A stretch of DNA of 64,000 nucleotides from Chloroflexota bacterium (GTDB lineage Bacteria > Chloroflexota > Dehalococcoidia > Lucifugimonadales > UBA3495), in assembly GCA_027623675.1 (NCBI GenBank), contig JAQBVF010000007.1:56272-120271 (forward strand), given 5' to 3'. The translations under genes and the position numbers were made by a program. Under the pieces are notes generated by a model. It made no database searches. It saw nothing but the letters and a program-made list of their open reading frames with translations, and was not told where the DNA came from. Below are positions 8,809 to 19,226 of the stretch, in pieces (the first letter of the stretch is position 1; each line of letters begins with the position of its first letter).

Positions 8809-9798
8809 TTATAGGACGTGGAAGAGCAGTAGGTGGTCCCGGAGGACGTCCGCCGCGAAATCGTTCTCCACGTCACGCCAGACGGAGTGTATGTGGTTGG
8901 CGCCGTCTTGGCGGTTATCAAACTCAACCACGAAATCCCCGCCGTGGATCCGGTAATAGTGGGGCTCGTCCTTGGTGACCGGCCCGGCCCAGCCCAGGTG
9001 CAAGTGGTCCAGCCCAGTCTTTTTAAGCTCGGCCAATTTGTGCTCCGCAAGGTCGGTGTGCACCTGGTTGACGTACTCCGCTACCAACGCCAGCAGCAGT
9101 TCTTTCTGGGCGCCGTTCATCTTGGAGGCGGGCAGTCCCTCGTAGGCCATGAGCGAGGCCTTGGAGGAGTTGAAGGTTACGATGTCGGCGGGGGCCGCGT
9201 CGCAGATGATCGACTCGGCGACCTGTTCCTCGGTCAGGGACGCCATCAGGTCGAAGGCCATGTCTTCCCTGGCGCCCAAGATACGTAGTCCGTTCTTGGG
9301 GCCCTTTCGGACCTGGGCAGGATTGGCCCCAAAGAAGAAGGGCGTGGTGCTAATCACCTTATCGCCCATGATGCTGAAGTGGATGGAGATATGGTGCCCC
9401 TCAACCCTCCAGCCCCAGGGTGCCTCTCCTCCGGGCTCGCCAAAAATGGTGAAATAATAGAGCTCGGTATCGCGGACAAAGGTCTTTATCCCTTGCTCTT
9501 TCTCCAGCGGACCAAGCACATCTTCGTGTTCCATGATCAGTTTGGCCTGTTCGTAGGACTCGGTCGTCAGGCCGCTGGCCATCACCGCCATCGCCAGATC
9601 ACGCTGTGACGGGTCCATGTCCCTAAGGGGCAGGCCGTGTCGGTTCATCGGCGGGTAGTACCAAAAGATGCGCTCGCCGTCCAGATATTCAAATCTCGCC
9701 TTGCCTGCCTGCTGGTCGTTCAGACTGCTGACAAACGCTTTGGCGGCGTCCACCATTCGTGCAACCGCCTGTGGGGTGTCTGCCTGTTGGGTGGCCAT
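8809..9798 (-). CDS. DUF3500 domain protein
   Basis: WGWRVEGHHIS, TPFFFGANP, NHIHSVWRD..NDF motifs; AAGGAG RBS before ATG 9798. Confidence 0.85.
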   Translation of the reverse strand: MATQQADTPQAVARMVDAAKAFVSSLNDQQAGKARFEYLDGERIFWYYPPMNRHGLPLRDMDPSQRDLAMAVMASGLTTESYEQAKLIMEHEDVLGPLEKEQGIKTFVRDTELYYFTIFGEPGGEAPWGWRVEGHHISIHFSIMGDKVISTTPFFFGANPAQVRKGPKNGLRILGAREDMAFDLMASLTEEQVAESIICDAAPADIVTFNSSKASLMAYEGLPASKMNGAQKELLLALVAEYVNQVHTDLAEHKLAELKKTGLDHLHLGWAGPVTKDEPHYYRIHGGDFVVEFDNRQDGANHIHSVWRDVENDFAADVLRDHLLLFHVL

Positions 9799-9995
9799 TT
9801 TGAGGTTCTCCTTATGGTCGCAACCGTTTGGTTGTAACCTGTTGACCGTCAACTTCCGGTCTTGCCGTAGGCACCTCTGGAAGGACGGACCGTATTTGCC
9901 GCGAGTGTAATTAGGGGGAAGTTGGCTGTCAACCCTGCCGGCGGATCCCATCACCGGGACGCCGGCAGGGCTGCGAGATGATTACCGCAGGCCCC

Positions 9996-10946
9996 CTAGG
10001 TGTTGGGAAGCACCGGCAAGAGAGCGGCTTCCAATTCGTCCAGCGTGGCAAAACCTTCGAAGCGGTCGGTTATCCGGCCGTCGGCAGCCAGGATAAAGGT
10101 CCAACTCTCGTTGAAGTAGTCCTCTATGGCCGTCAGGCCCCAGTCATCCACAACGCTGAAGATCTCCGCCCGGTTGAGGTCGCCTTGGATGTCGGCGGGG
10201 TTGTCGTAGATCTCCACGTGGATGTAATTCGCCACTCCGGGGTGCGCGTCCTTGAGTTCGGTCACCGTGTCCACCTGTGGGCCGCAGGTGGGGGTGGTGC
10301 AGAACGCCGGGCTGGCGAAAACCACCACAGAAGGCAGTGGGCTCTCCACCGCCTCCTTGATGGTTAGCTGGTACAGGTCAGGGTCCGGGGTGTAATCGGT
10401 GGTTAGGTCTTCGATCCTGACTGGAGAGCCGTCACCACCCAGGGTCTTGGTGATACTTAGGAGAGCCGTGCGGCCCACCGCCGGGACCGGCGACTTGGCC
10501 AGCACTTCCACCTCTATCTCGGTCTCGTCGTCCCCGTTCGGGTTGTCCACCTGTATATCCAGACGCCAACGGCCGGCCCGGTCGAAGTCGGCGTAGGCGC
10601 TGTACGAGCCGCGCACGCCGTAGGGCCAAAGATTGAACACTGCTTCCAACGGTTCACCAGCCTCTCCGGCGGCTCCGGCGTCCAAGAACACCGGGGTTAC
10701 CAGGGCGGTGGGCGCCTTGATCAGGCCCTTGGAAGTGGTCAACAAAAACGCCACCCGCTGCCGGCCCACCTCCAACACGGTGGTTGCCAGCACGGGGGTT
10801 ATGGCCGTGGGGCCGGCTGGCGCGGAGGTCGGACCGGGTTCCGGAGTGGGCACGGCGGAGGAGCCACAGGCCGCCGCCAGGGCGATGGCGGCGGCCAAAA
10901 CCGGGGCCAATAGCCGTTTATCTACGCGACGTAAAAACTTAATCAT
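9996..10946 (-). CDS. Lipoprotein with a C-terminal thioredoxin-like domain (CxxxxC)
   Basis: Lipobox LAAAC; FASPAFCTTPTCGP; ATGA overlap with the upstream gene. Confidence 0.75.
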   Translation of the reverse strand: MIKFLRRVDKRLLAPVLAAAIALAAACGSSAVPTPEPGPTSAPAGPTAITPVLATTVLEVGRQRVAFLLTTSKGLIKAPTALVTPVFLDAGAAGEAGEPLEAVFNLWPYGVRGSYSAYADFDRAGRWRLDIQVDNPNGDDETEIEVEVLAKSPVPAVGRTALLSITKTLGGDGSPVRIEDLTTDYTPDPDLYQLTIKEAVESPLPSVVVFASPAFCTTPTCGPQVDTVTELKDAHPGVANYIHVEIYDNPADIQGDLNRAEIFSVVDDWGLTAIEDYFNESWTFILAADGRITDRFEGFATLDELEAALLPVLPNT

Positions 10947-12070
10947 GGTCCTGTCTGGTATACGCCGAATGTGAAGGCGAAAATCCCGAAATCATCTGAG
11001 TTGGAACTCATGGTCAGCGCGTTGTCTTGGGAATAGGCCGGCGCCTCGACCACGTTGTACATCCGGGGTTCGTCCACCACCAGGAAGCTTGCGCCGTCAG
11101 GTCCGATGGTGATGTCCTCGCCTTTGTTGGCATCGGTCAGAAACTCGCCGTCCAGTTTCACCTGCACGGTGTACGGCTGGCCTGATTCAGAGGTCAGGAC
11201 GGCGTTCACGCTGCGGGCCGAATAAACCACCGATAAAACATCTTCGTAACCGGTTGTATCACGGCCGTGGCGGGTGTTTTCGGGGCCGACTATCCAAGTG
11301 CCATCGAAGTAAAGGACCCCTGACTTATGCTCGGCGGGCGACTTCAATTGGGTCACAGAGCCCGTGTTCTGGAAGAAGTCTTGCTGGCGCACGTACTCGC
11401 CCAGGCCCGCCATCGCCAGTCCGGCATACAACTCACGGGTCACGGTCCCGTTGCGCCTTTCGAGATAGGTCTGGTCCACCTGCTGGTCACCTGGGGGCTC
11501 AAACGGGTTATCCAACAGGTCTGCCCCGGCCTCCTCAAGGAGATTCCGGATCCATTTCTCGGTCTCGTAGTAGAATCCTTCGCCAAAGTGGCTGTAGCGG
11601 ACCTTCCCATCCTTGTCTACCAGGTACTTGGCCGGCCAAAAGGAATTGCCGTAGTTGCGCCAGGTCTCGAAATCGTTATCTTGGGCCACCGCCCAGGTGA
11701 TGCCATTGTCCTGGGTGGCCTGGAGTACGTTTGAATAGTCCTTCTCAAACTCGAATTCTGGCGAATGGACACCGATGATAACCAGTCCGTCGTCGGCGTA
11801 CTTGGCCTGCCACTGCTTGAGGTAGGGGAATGTCCGGATGCAATTGACGCAGGTGTAGGTCCAAAAATCGATTAACACGACCTTGCCGCGAAGCCCTTTG
11901 ATGGTCATGGGTTCGCTGTTGATCCAGGCCTTGATGCCCTTGATCTCTGGCGCCGGAAAGCTGGCGCAAGCGACGGAGACAAACAAGGCAACCAGCACAA
12001 TCATCGCAAGCTTGACCGGGACCGCCGGTCTTCGCTTCACGTTGGTCGTATCGTCCAGGAACCGCGGCAC
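10943..12070 (-). CDS. DipZ-like redoxin lipoprotein
   Basis: LIDFWTYTCVNC, GVHSPEFEFEK, FWPAKYL, HFGEG. Confidence 0.88.
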   Translation of the reverse strand: MPRFLDDTTNVKRRPAVPVKLAMIVLVALFVSVACASFPAPEIKGIKAWINSEPMTIKGLRGKVVLIDFWTYTCVNCIRTFPYLKQWQAKYADDGLVIIGVHSPEFEFEKDYSNVLQATQDNGITWAVAQDNDFETWRNYGNSFWPAKYLVDKDGKVRYSHFGEGFYYETEKWIRNLLEEAGADLLDNPFEPPGDQQVDQTYLERRNGTVTRELYAGLAMAGLGEYVRQQDFFQNTGSVTQLKSPAEHKSGVLYFDGTWIVGPENTRHGRDTTGYEDVLSVVYSARSVNAVLTSESGQPYTVQVKLDGEFLTDANKGEDITIGPDGASFLVVDEPRMYNVVEAPAYSQDNALTMSSNSDDFGIFAFTFGVYQTGP

Positions 12071-13344
12071 TAGGACTCTTTTTCGTAAACGCCAAATGTA
12101 AAGGCGAAAAGGCCGAAATCAGGCGAGTTGGAAGCCATCTTGAGTGTCTCTCTCTGAACGTAACTGGGATTGCTGACTACATTGTATAGCGTGGGAGAGG
12201 TGACCCACAGATAGCTCTCACCGTCGTCGCCGATCATGACATCGGACCCCCTGTTGTCCTCCGTTAGGTATTCGCCGCCCACCGTGACTCGCACTTTATA
12301 CGGCTCACCCGAGTCTGACGTCAGAACCGCGTTCACTTCGGTGGCGGAGTACACCACGGCCAGGTAGTCCTCGTAAGACTCGGTCACGACGCCGTGGGTC
12401 GAGCTTTCCGGCCCGACATACCAGGAGCCCTGGAAGTAGAGATTGTGCGGCACAAGGTTGCCGGGAATGACGAACTCTGAAATCTTATTTTTGTTTTCAA
12501 AGTACTCGGCCTGCTGAACATAGCCGCCCCTGCCGTACAGGAGGTCGCTTTCGCCACGTTTATAGCCGGCGTAAAGCTCGCGGGTTACTTCAGCATCCCG
12601 GGCGGCCAGGAAACCGGGGTCGAGGGCCTGGTCTTCCGGCAGGTCCAATTCTTCAGCCAAGAAATCCGGGTTGGCTTCGGCAAGCAGCTCGCGGATCACC
12701 GCTTCGGTCTCACTGTAGGCGCCTTCTCCGAAATGGGTGTAGCGGACCACTCCATCCTTATCGATCAGATATTTGGCGGGCCAGAACCGGTTGGAATAGC
12801 GGCGCCATGTGGTGAAATCGTTGTCCTGGGCCATCGTCCAGTCCAGAGCGTCGGTCTGGACGGCTTCCACCACGTTGTCGTACTCTTTCTCGAAATCGAA
12901 TTCCGGACTGTGCACGCCCACGATCACCAGACCGTCGTCCTCATACCTGGAGTTCCACTGCTTGAGGAAGGGAAATGTTCGGATGCAGTTGATGCAGGTA
13001 TAGGTCCAGAAGTCGATCAGCACCACCTTGCCCCTGAGCTCTTCCAGGGTCAGCGGACCGCCGTTGATCCAGGCGGCGATCCCGCCGAATTCAGGCGCAA
13101 GGTTGCCTACCTCACCTCCAACCCTGCGGTCGGCGTTGGCCGTGGCCGATCTGGTGGCCAACTGCCGCGGCTCAGCCTCTGAAGCCGGTTCTTGTGCGGC
13201 CGGCACGCCATTGGCCGGGGCAGCATCCGAGCCTCCGCAGGCCGCCACCAACAGTACCAAGCCCATAAGAACCGCCACCAACCCCGGGAGGTGGGAGGTG
13301 CGGCGGGATAGCCGAAATTCCGTGAGCGCCGTCAATATATTCAT
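12070..13344 (-). CDS. DipZ-like redoxin lipoprotein (tandem paralog)
   Basis: Lipobox VAAC; LIDFWTYTCINC, GVHSPEFDFEK, FAFTFG C-terminus. Confidence 0.88.
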   Translation of the reverse strand: MNILTALTEFRLSRRTSHLPGLVAVLMGLVLLVAACGGSDAAPANGVPAAQEPASEAEPRQLATRSATANADRRVGGEVGNLAPEFGGIAAWINGGPLTLEELRGKVVLIDFWTYTCINCIRTFPFLKQWNSRYEDDGLVIVGVHSPEFDFEKEYDNVVEAVQTDALDWTMAQDNDFTTWRRYSNRFWPAKYLIDKDGVVRYTHFGEGAYSETEAVIRELLAEANPDFLAEELDLPEDQALDPGFLAARDAEVTRELYAGYKRGESDLLYGRGGYVQQAEYFENKNKISEFVIPGNLVPHNLYFQGSWYVGPESSTHGVVTESYEDYLAVVYSATEVNAVLTSDSGEPYKVRVTVGGEYLTEDNRGSDVMIGDDGESYLWVTSPTLYNVVSNPSYVQRETLKMASNSPDFGLFAFTFGVYEKES

Positions 13345-13731
13345 CTGCTGTCCATCCCATGCTTCCGTTATTTTCCGGGCCGCGATACACGATGGATTCC
13401 CCGATGCCAGGCCAGATTTTCGCCTGTATGCGAGACGCCGCCAACCGCATCAACGCGAGGGGTCTGTTAGTAAGATTTACGCGGCGCCTTGTGCTGCGGA
13501 TTCAAGTGGACCGAACCACCGCCCCGCCATTTTCGTATCTTATCAACCCTACAAACGACCACATCTGGTCGATAGGTCGAGCCTGACTAGCGTCGGGAGA
13601 TCATCCGGGGCCGGCCCACAATCTGCTGTGATAAACTTTCGCTACCAGCTAAGGTCCAGTCATGGACCGGCTCGCTTCGATCATGGTCCGGTCAAGCATG
13701 GTCCGGTCAAGGACCAACTCGCTTCGATGGA

Positions 13732-14697
13732 TTGGAGTTGCAGGTGAACGAAACCCAATCAGCCACCGCCGTCGCCCGGAAGATAATCGACAACGTTGCC
13801 AAGGTGATTATCGGCAAGGAGCCGGTGATTAAACAGGCGTTGGCAGCGATGATTGCAGAGGGCCACATCCTCATTGAAGACGTGCCTGGGGTCGGCAAAA
13901 CCATGCTGGCCAAGAGCATCTCGGCGTCGATCGGTTGCTCCTTCAAACGCATCCAATTCACGCCCGATCTGCTGCCCAGCGACATCGTCGGGGTCTCCAT
14001 ATACAACCAGAGCACCGGGGAGTTCCAGTTCCGGCCCGGCCCGGTGATGGCCCAGATCGTGTTGGTCGACGAGATCAACCGAGCCACGCCCAAGACCCAG
14101 TCCGCGCTGCTTGAGGCCATGGAAGAGTTGCAGGTGTCCGTGGACGGCGCCACCCGACCGCTGGACCGGCCATTCATAGTCATTGCCACGCAGAACCCCA
14201 TCGAATATGAGGGAACTTTCCCCCTGCCCGAGGCCCAGCTCGACCGCTTCTTGATGCGCATCAGCCTGGGATATCCCAGTTTCGCCGAGGAGTTGTCGGT
14301 GATCGAGCGGCAAGAGCAGAGCCATCCCATCGACAAGTTAAGCGCGGTGGCGACCCCGGAGGACGTTCTCGGCCTGCAGAACGCCGCCAAGAATGTGTAT
14401 GTCGACGGCGCGGTCCGCGAGTATATCGTCGGGCTGATCGAAGCGACCCGAATGCATGAGGACGTTACCCTGGGCGCCTCGCCGCGGGCGTCGCTGGGCA
14501 TGTTCCGGGCCGTCCGCGCCAAGGCCCTGTTGGAGGACCGGGATTACGTGATTCCCGACGACGTTAAAGACCTGGCCCATGCCGTGTTGGCCCACCGGAT
14601 GATTTTGGCCCCGTCGGCCCGCATGCGCGGCTTGCACACGGGACAGGTCATCGAAGGTCTGCTCGAATCAGTGGCGGTGCCAGGCGCCACCCGTTAA
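13732..14697 (+). CDS. MoxR family AAA+ ATPase
   Basis: EDVPGVGKT, RIQFTPDLLPSD, DEINRA, TQNPIEYEGT. Confidence 0.95.
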   Translation: MELQVNETQSATAVARKIIDNVAKVIIGKEPVIKQALAAMIAEGHILIEDVPGVGKTMLAKSISASIGCSFKRIQFTPDLLPSDIVGVSIYNQSTGEFQFRPGPVMAQIVLVDEINRATPKTQSALLEAMEELQVSVDGATRPLDRPFIVIATQNPIEYEGTFPLPEAQLDRFLMRISLGYPSFAEELSVIERQEQSHPIDKLSAVATPEDVLGLQNAAKNVYVDGAVREYIVGLIEATRMHEDVTLGASPRASLGMFRAVRAKALLEDRDYVIPDDVKDLAHAVLAHRMILAPSARMRGLHTGQVIEGLLESVAVPGATR

Positions 14698-14755
14698 TCA
14701 TTCTCGAAGTGGTCTATCGTGAGTTCCCCGCAAACCCAATGGCCCGGGGTTCCGC

Positions 14756-16033
14756 ATGCGGAGTTCGGCCATGAATAGGCGTACCATCGGCATGTTTGTG
14801 CTGCTGCTGGTGGTGGCTTTCTACGCCCTGGGCACCGGCTTCGACTTCTTCTTTAGATTTCTCTACATCCTGCTTCTGCTCACGGTGATCGGATTCTCGT
14901 GGGCCTGGCTGAATCTCCGCGGCATCGACCTGAAAGTGACCAGAGACGCCAACCGCGGGCAGGTAGGAGGCTACCTGGCGGGCCAGGTTTCAATCGTCAA
15001 CCATACCCGAATGCCCAAGTCCTGGCTCGAGGTGGCGGAGGCCACGGGGCCGTCGGCCGGCAACAGCGGCCGGGGGCTAGCTCTGGTGCGCGAGCAGGTG
15101 CGAAGCTGGCGGATCCGCACCTATCTGGCCAAGCGAGGCGTTTACCGGTCGGGCAAGGTGATGCTGATTAGCCAGGACCCCTTCGGGTTGTTTCACCTGC
15201 GCCGTGAGTTTGTGGACCCTCAGGCCTACATCGTCTTTCCAGCGGTTGAGCCTCTACCCGACCTGAACGCCCGATTCGCCGGCCTGCCCAGCGACAGCAG
15301 GACGACCCGGCATTGGGAGCAGATCACCACCGACGTTGCGTCCATCCGGTCCTACGTGGAGGGAGACAGCCTGCGCCGCATCCACTGGCCCTATACCGCA
15401 CGCATGAACCAGTTGATGGTCAAAGAATTCGACATTGGGCTATCGGCTGAGTCTTGGGTGCTGTTGGACATGCACCGCGACTCCCATTTCGGGGCGGACC
15501 AAGACGAGGTGAACAATACTGAGGAGCTGTCGGTCACGGTGGCCTCATCCATCATCAGCCGCCTGATCGACCAGTCGATGCCGGTGGGACTGGCGGCGAA
15601 CGGCGACGAGAACCATGTTCACCGGCCCGACAGCAGCCCGGAGCAGCGAGGCCGGCTGATGGAAATTCTGGCCGAGGTGCGGGCCCACGGGGAGCGTCCC
15701 CTCCACCAGTTCATCTACGACGTCAACACCCACCTGAGCCAGTTCAACGCCCTGACCGTGGTGACATCGTCAGTGGACACACGGTGGGTGGCGTCGCTCA
15801 CCGACCTGCGCCGCCGGGGCGTGGAGATCGCGGTGGTGTTGGTGGACCGGAGCAGCTTCGGCTCGCTGGAGAACATGGACGTTCCACTGGCAGCGCTCAC
15901 CTCCAATCTGATACCCACCTATATGGTGCGTCGCGGCGACGCCCTGAATGACGCCCTCAGGGCCCCGGTCCGGGAGATTCTCCGGGGTTGGTCGACGGGA
16001 GCGGCAGCAGCGACGTTTGGAGCCGGGGCATGA
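14756..16033 (+). CDS. DUF58 domain protein
   Basis: IRSYVEGDSLRRIHW, LMVKEF; follows MoxR. Confidence 0.9.
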   Translation: MRSSAMNRRTIGMFVLLLVVAFYALGTGFDFFFRFLYILLLLTVIGFSWAWLNLRGIDLKVTRDANRGQVGGYLAGQVSIVNHTRMPKSWLEVAEATGPSAGNSGRGLALVREQVRSWRIRTYLAKRGVYRSGKVMLISQDPFGLFHLRREFVDPQAYIVFPAVEPLPDLNARFAGLPSDSRTTRHWEQITTDVASIRSYVEGDSLRRIHWPYTARMNQLMVKEFDIGLSAESWVLLDMHRDSHFGADQDEVNNTEELSVTVASSIISRLIDQSMPVGLAANGDENHVHRPDSSPEQRGRLMEILAEVRAHGERPLHQFIYDVNTHLSQFNALTVVTSSVDTRWVASLTDLRRRGVEIAVVLVDRSSFGSLENMDVPLAALTSNLIPTYMVRRGDALNDALRAPVREILRGWSTGAAAATFGAGA

Positions 16034-16073
16034 CCACCGGAACGCCATACACCGTGGACCTGAGTACCCGGCC

Positions 16074-18596
16074 ATGACATCCGAGGTTATGTCGGACGGG
16101 ATGACTGCCCGGGAGCGGATAAGCGCCGAAGGGGCATGGGAAGTCGCCGCCTTCGTGGAACGCGCCTTACGTCCCACGGAGGGCTGGCTGGCGGCGGCGC
16201 TTCTGGCGCTGAACCTGGTGGTGGTCGTCATGTCGGTGGAGCAGGCCGATTGGACGCCTTCCCCGAACCTGATCAACGTGCTATTCCTGGCCATGCTCAC
16301 CGGCCTGTTACTCTGCAGGATTCCCGTCTGGACCGCCGTTCTTCTGCCGGCGGGCGTGGCGGTGGGCTTCGGCATCATCCTCTGGCAGCTCTCCACCTTC
16401 AGCATCGAAGGGGTCAGCGTGGGCGGAACGGGGCAGGTGCTGGAACGGTTGAGCCTTTGGCTGGAGGCGGCGCGTTCTGGCTCGATAAACATCGACCGTC
16501 TGCCATTTGCCTTCGCATTGATGTCGGCGACTTGGCTAACCGGGTTTCTTGGCGCCTGGTTGTTCCTGCGCTACCGAAACTTCTGGGGAGTTTTCGTCCT
16601 CGGCGGTATCGGGCTGCTTTCCAACCTGACGTTTCTGCCACCAAACGCCGCATTTCACCTTGGGTTCTACCTTTTCACGGCCCTGATGGTGGTGGGCCGG
16701 GTCCAATCGGTCCGGCGCAAGCATGAATGGGAACGGCGCTCCATGAGGGTGGATGAGCACCTTGGCATGCTGTCATTCTCGGACAGTTTCACCCTGGCGG
16801 TACTGGTCATCTTGGTGGGGTTCCTGTTGCCTATCGCCCCCAAATGGGGCGTGGCAAACAACGCCTACGAGTCGATGCGCAGCCCCCTGGCCTCCATGGA
16901 GGACGACTTCAACCGATTGTTCGCCGGACTGCCCGCTCGCAGGCCCCTGGGGTTTCGCATCTGGGACGACGTGATGGCCCTGCAGGGAAGCATCTACCCC
17001 ACGACCACCCAGGTTTTATGGGTGGACTCGCCGGCGGAGTTGTATTGGAAGGCCCGCACCTATAACACCTACACCGGGAAGGGCTGGTTCTCGGAACATA
17101 CGATCACCGAGCCGTTGGGATACGCCCCCGCGTTCACCTCGGGAAATATGGACCGCATGCGGTCCGAAGTCACCTATACCGTGAGTCCCTTGTACGAATC
17201 CAAGAAGCTGTTCACCGGGGACCAAGTTTCAGATGTGGACCGGGATGTCTTGATCGAGACCCAGGCGCCGCCAGTCTTTTATATCGACGTGACCCGGCTG
17301 CGGAACGGGGAACCCCTTCCCGATTATCTGGACCAGTTGGGCGATGCGATTCTGCAGGCCGTGGAGAACGGTGGGACCGCACTGAGCGACGGCGAATTGG
17401 CCCAGGCGCTGCCGCCCCAATTCCGGCTGGAATCCGTGGAGCGGGAGGCGGGTAGAGTGCTCCTGGTGCAGGTCATGGAGGCGCTGCCGCCGGTGGCCGA
17501 GGTCCTGGCGGTAAGCGCCCCCGAGGGCAAGATCAAGGTCGGAGAAGCCTATGCGGTTACATCGGCGATCCCATTGGCCACTCCGGAACAACTGCGGCAG
17601 GCGGGCACGGAATACCCGGCTTGGGTTTCAGAGCGCTACCTCCAACTGCCGCCTACGTTGCCCCAGCGGGTGCGTGACCTGGCTTCCCAAGTTGCCGACG
17701 ATGAATCCACGCCCTACGGCAAAGCCGCCGCGGTGGAAGAATACCTGCAGATAACCTATCCGTACAACCTCCGGGTGAAACCGCCGCCCTTCAACGCCGA
17801 CAGTGTGGACCACTTTCTCTTCACGCTGCAAGAGGGTTACAGCGAATATTTCGGTTCCGCCATGACGATTATGCTGCGCACGTTGGGGGTGCCGGCCAGA
17901 TTGGCGGTCGGTTACACCACCGGGGACCGGGTTGAGGGAAAAACCATCTTCGCCGTAACCGATAGCCACAGCCACGCCTGGGTGGAGGTCTATTTCCCCG
18001 GGTTCGGTTGGTTCCCCTTCGAGCCGACGCCCGGCGAAGCGCTGCCCGACGCCTATAAGCCGAAGTCCGAACACCAGCAATCCGGAATTGCAGGGCAGGT
18101 CGATTTCGATCCATTCGACGAAGGCTGTTTCGACGATCTGGAATCTGAGTTCTGCGACGAGGAGGCCCAATCACTGACGGCATTTGAAGCCAGCGCCGAC
18201 GGTGGCTGGAGCAGCCCAATCATCGGTCTCTGGCCTTGGATGCTGGGGGCCGCCGGGGGGCTGCTCTTGGTCTCCGGGTCCATCCTCTGGCTCTGGAGAC
18301 GGTTACTGGCAGTGCCGAACAACCCCAGATTAGCCTTCCAACGCATGACCACCCTGGCATCTCTCGCGGCGGCGGGGCCGGCCGATTTCCAAACGCCCTA
18401 CCAGTTTGGACGCCAACTGCAAGGGGTGCTGCCGGCGCAGCAAGTCCCAGTCTCGATAATAGTGTCTGCCTACGTCCGCAGCCGCTTCGGCAACAAAACC
18501 CAGACGGCCAGCGAGCGGCGTTTGCAGGCGGTGGCGTGGCGGAGGCTGCGACTGCATCTGCTTTGGGCAGTCATCAGCCGTAGGGTCCGCGGTTAA
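16074..18596 (+). CDS. Membrane-anchored transglutaminase-like (TgpA-type) protein
   Basis: N-terminal TM helices; GYSEYF, LGVPARLAVGY, HAWVEVYFPGFGW..FEPTP; start uncertain. Confidence 0.88.
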   Translation: MTSEVMSDGMTARERISAEGAWEVAAFVERALRPTEGWLAAALLALNLVVVVMSVEQADWTPSPNLINVLFLAMLTGLLLCRIPVWTAVLLPAGVAVGFGIILWQLSTFSIEGVSVGGTGQVLERLSLWLEAARSGSINIDRLPFAFALMSATWLTGFLGAWLFLRYRNFWGVFVLGGIGLLSNLTFLPPNAAFHLGFYLFTALMVVGRVQSVRRKHEWERRSMRVDEHLGMLSFSDSFTLAVLVILVGFLLPIAPKWGVANNAYESMRSPLASMEDDFNRLFAGLPARRPLGFRIWDDVMALQGSIYPTTTQVLWVDSPAELYWKARTYNTYTGKGWFSEHTITEPLGYAPAFTSGNMDRMRSEVTYTVSPLYESKKLFTGDQVSDVDRDVLIETQAPPVFYIDVTRLRNGEPLPDYLDQLGDAILQAVENGGTALSDGELAQALPPQFRLESVEREAGRVLLVQVMEALPPVAEVLAVSAPEGKIKVGEAYAVTSAIPLATPEQLRQAGTEYPAWVSERYLQLPPTLPQRVRDLASQVADDESTPYGKAAAVEEYLQITYPYNLRVKPPPFNADSVDHFLFTLQEGYSEYFGSAMTIMLRTLGVPARLAVGYTTGDRVEGKTIFAVTDSHSHAWVEVYFPGFGWFPFEPTPGEALPDAYKPKSEHQQSGIAGQVDFDPFDEGCFDDLESEFCDEEAQSLTAFEASADGGWSSPIIGLWPWMLGAAGGLLLVSGSILWLWRRLLAVPNNPRLAFQRMTTLASLAAAGPADFQTPYQFGRQLQGVLPAQQVPVSIIVSAYVRSRFGNKTQTASERRLQAVAWRRLRLHLLWAVISRRVRG

Positions 18597-18644
18597 GATA
18601 GACGAACAGACTTCTTAAGATTTCCGACATGAAATAAGGAGAGC

Positions 18645-19157
18645 ATGGTGAAGGGCGACAAATACCACCTGGAAGAATTGCCCTTGGGTTGGATGGCGCT
18701 CTTAGCCGGGGCTGACGGCCTCAAGCGGGCGTCGCTCAAGCCAACACCCCAAGAAGCCCTGGAGGACTTGGGAACCGGCCTAGATGACGCAGAAGACGAC
18801 CCAGAGGCGTTTACCCAGACGATCGAATGCCTGCACCGCTACGCCGATGGGGATATGACGGCGCTGGACCAGCTGGAATTGGACCTGTCTCGGGTCACCC
18901 CTTTCTTCAGGGCGGCCTGGAACGCCTGCCGCAGCATACCGCCAGGGGAGACCCGCAGCTATGCGTGGTTGGCCGCCGAAGCAGGCAGCCCACTGGCCAT
19001 GCGGGCGGCCGGACAGGCCATGGCACGAAACAGGTTTTCGCTGATCGTACCCTGCCACCGGGTCATCGCCAGCGACGGCGGACTGGGCGGATACGGTGGC
19101 GGCGGATTGGGCGTTAAGGCCCGGCTGCTCCAGATGGAACTGGCGCGGCTGGAATGA
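18645..19157 (+). CDS. ogt: Methylated-DNA--protein-cysteine methyltransferase
   Basis: IPPGETRSY, VPCHRVI active site. Confidence 0.92.
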   Translation: MVKGDKYHLEELPLGWMALLAGADGLKRASLKPTPQEALEDLGTGLDDAEDDPEAFTQTIECLHRYADGDMTALDQLELDLSRVTPFFRAAWNACRSIPPGETRSYAWLAAEAGSPLAMRAAGQAMARNRFSLIVPCHRVIASDGGLGGYGGGGLGVKARLLQMELARLE

Positions 19158-19226
19158 TTCCGTCAGCATAAACAATCAAACCGTTCCAGGAGCGCAGCGG
19201 CCTGATTTTTTACTCGCCTTAGGTCT

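Noticed and set aside
10943..10946. Sec read-through at other TGA stops (redoxin, DUF58, helicase, msrB)
   Set aside because: These are ordinary C-termini or ATGA start/stop overlaps with no redox-motif context; MsrB has Cys in RHCINS
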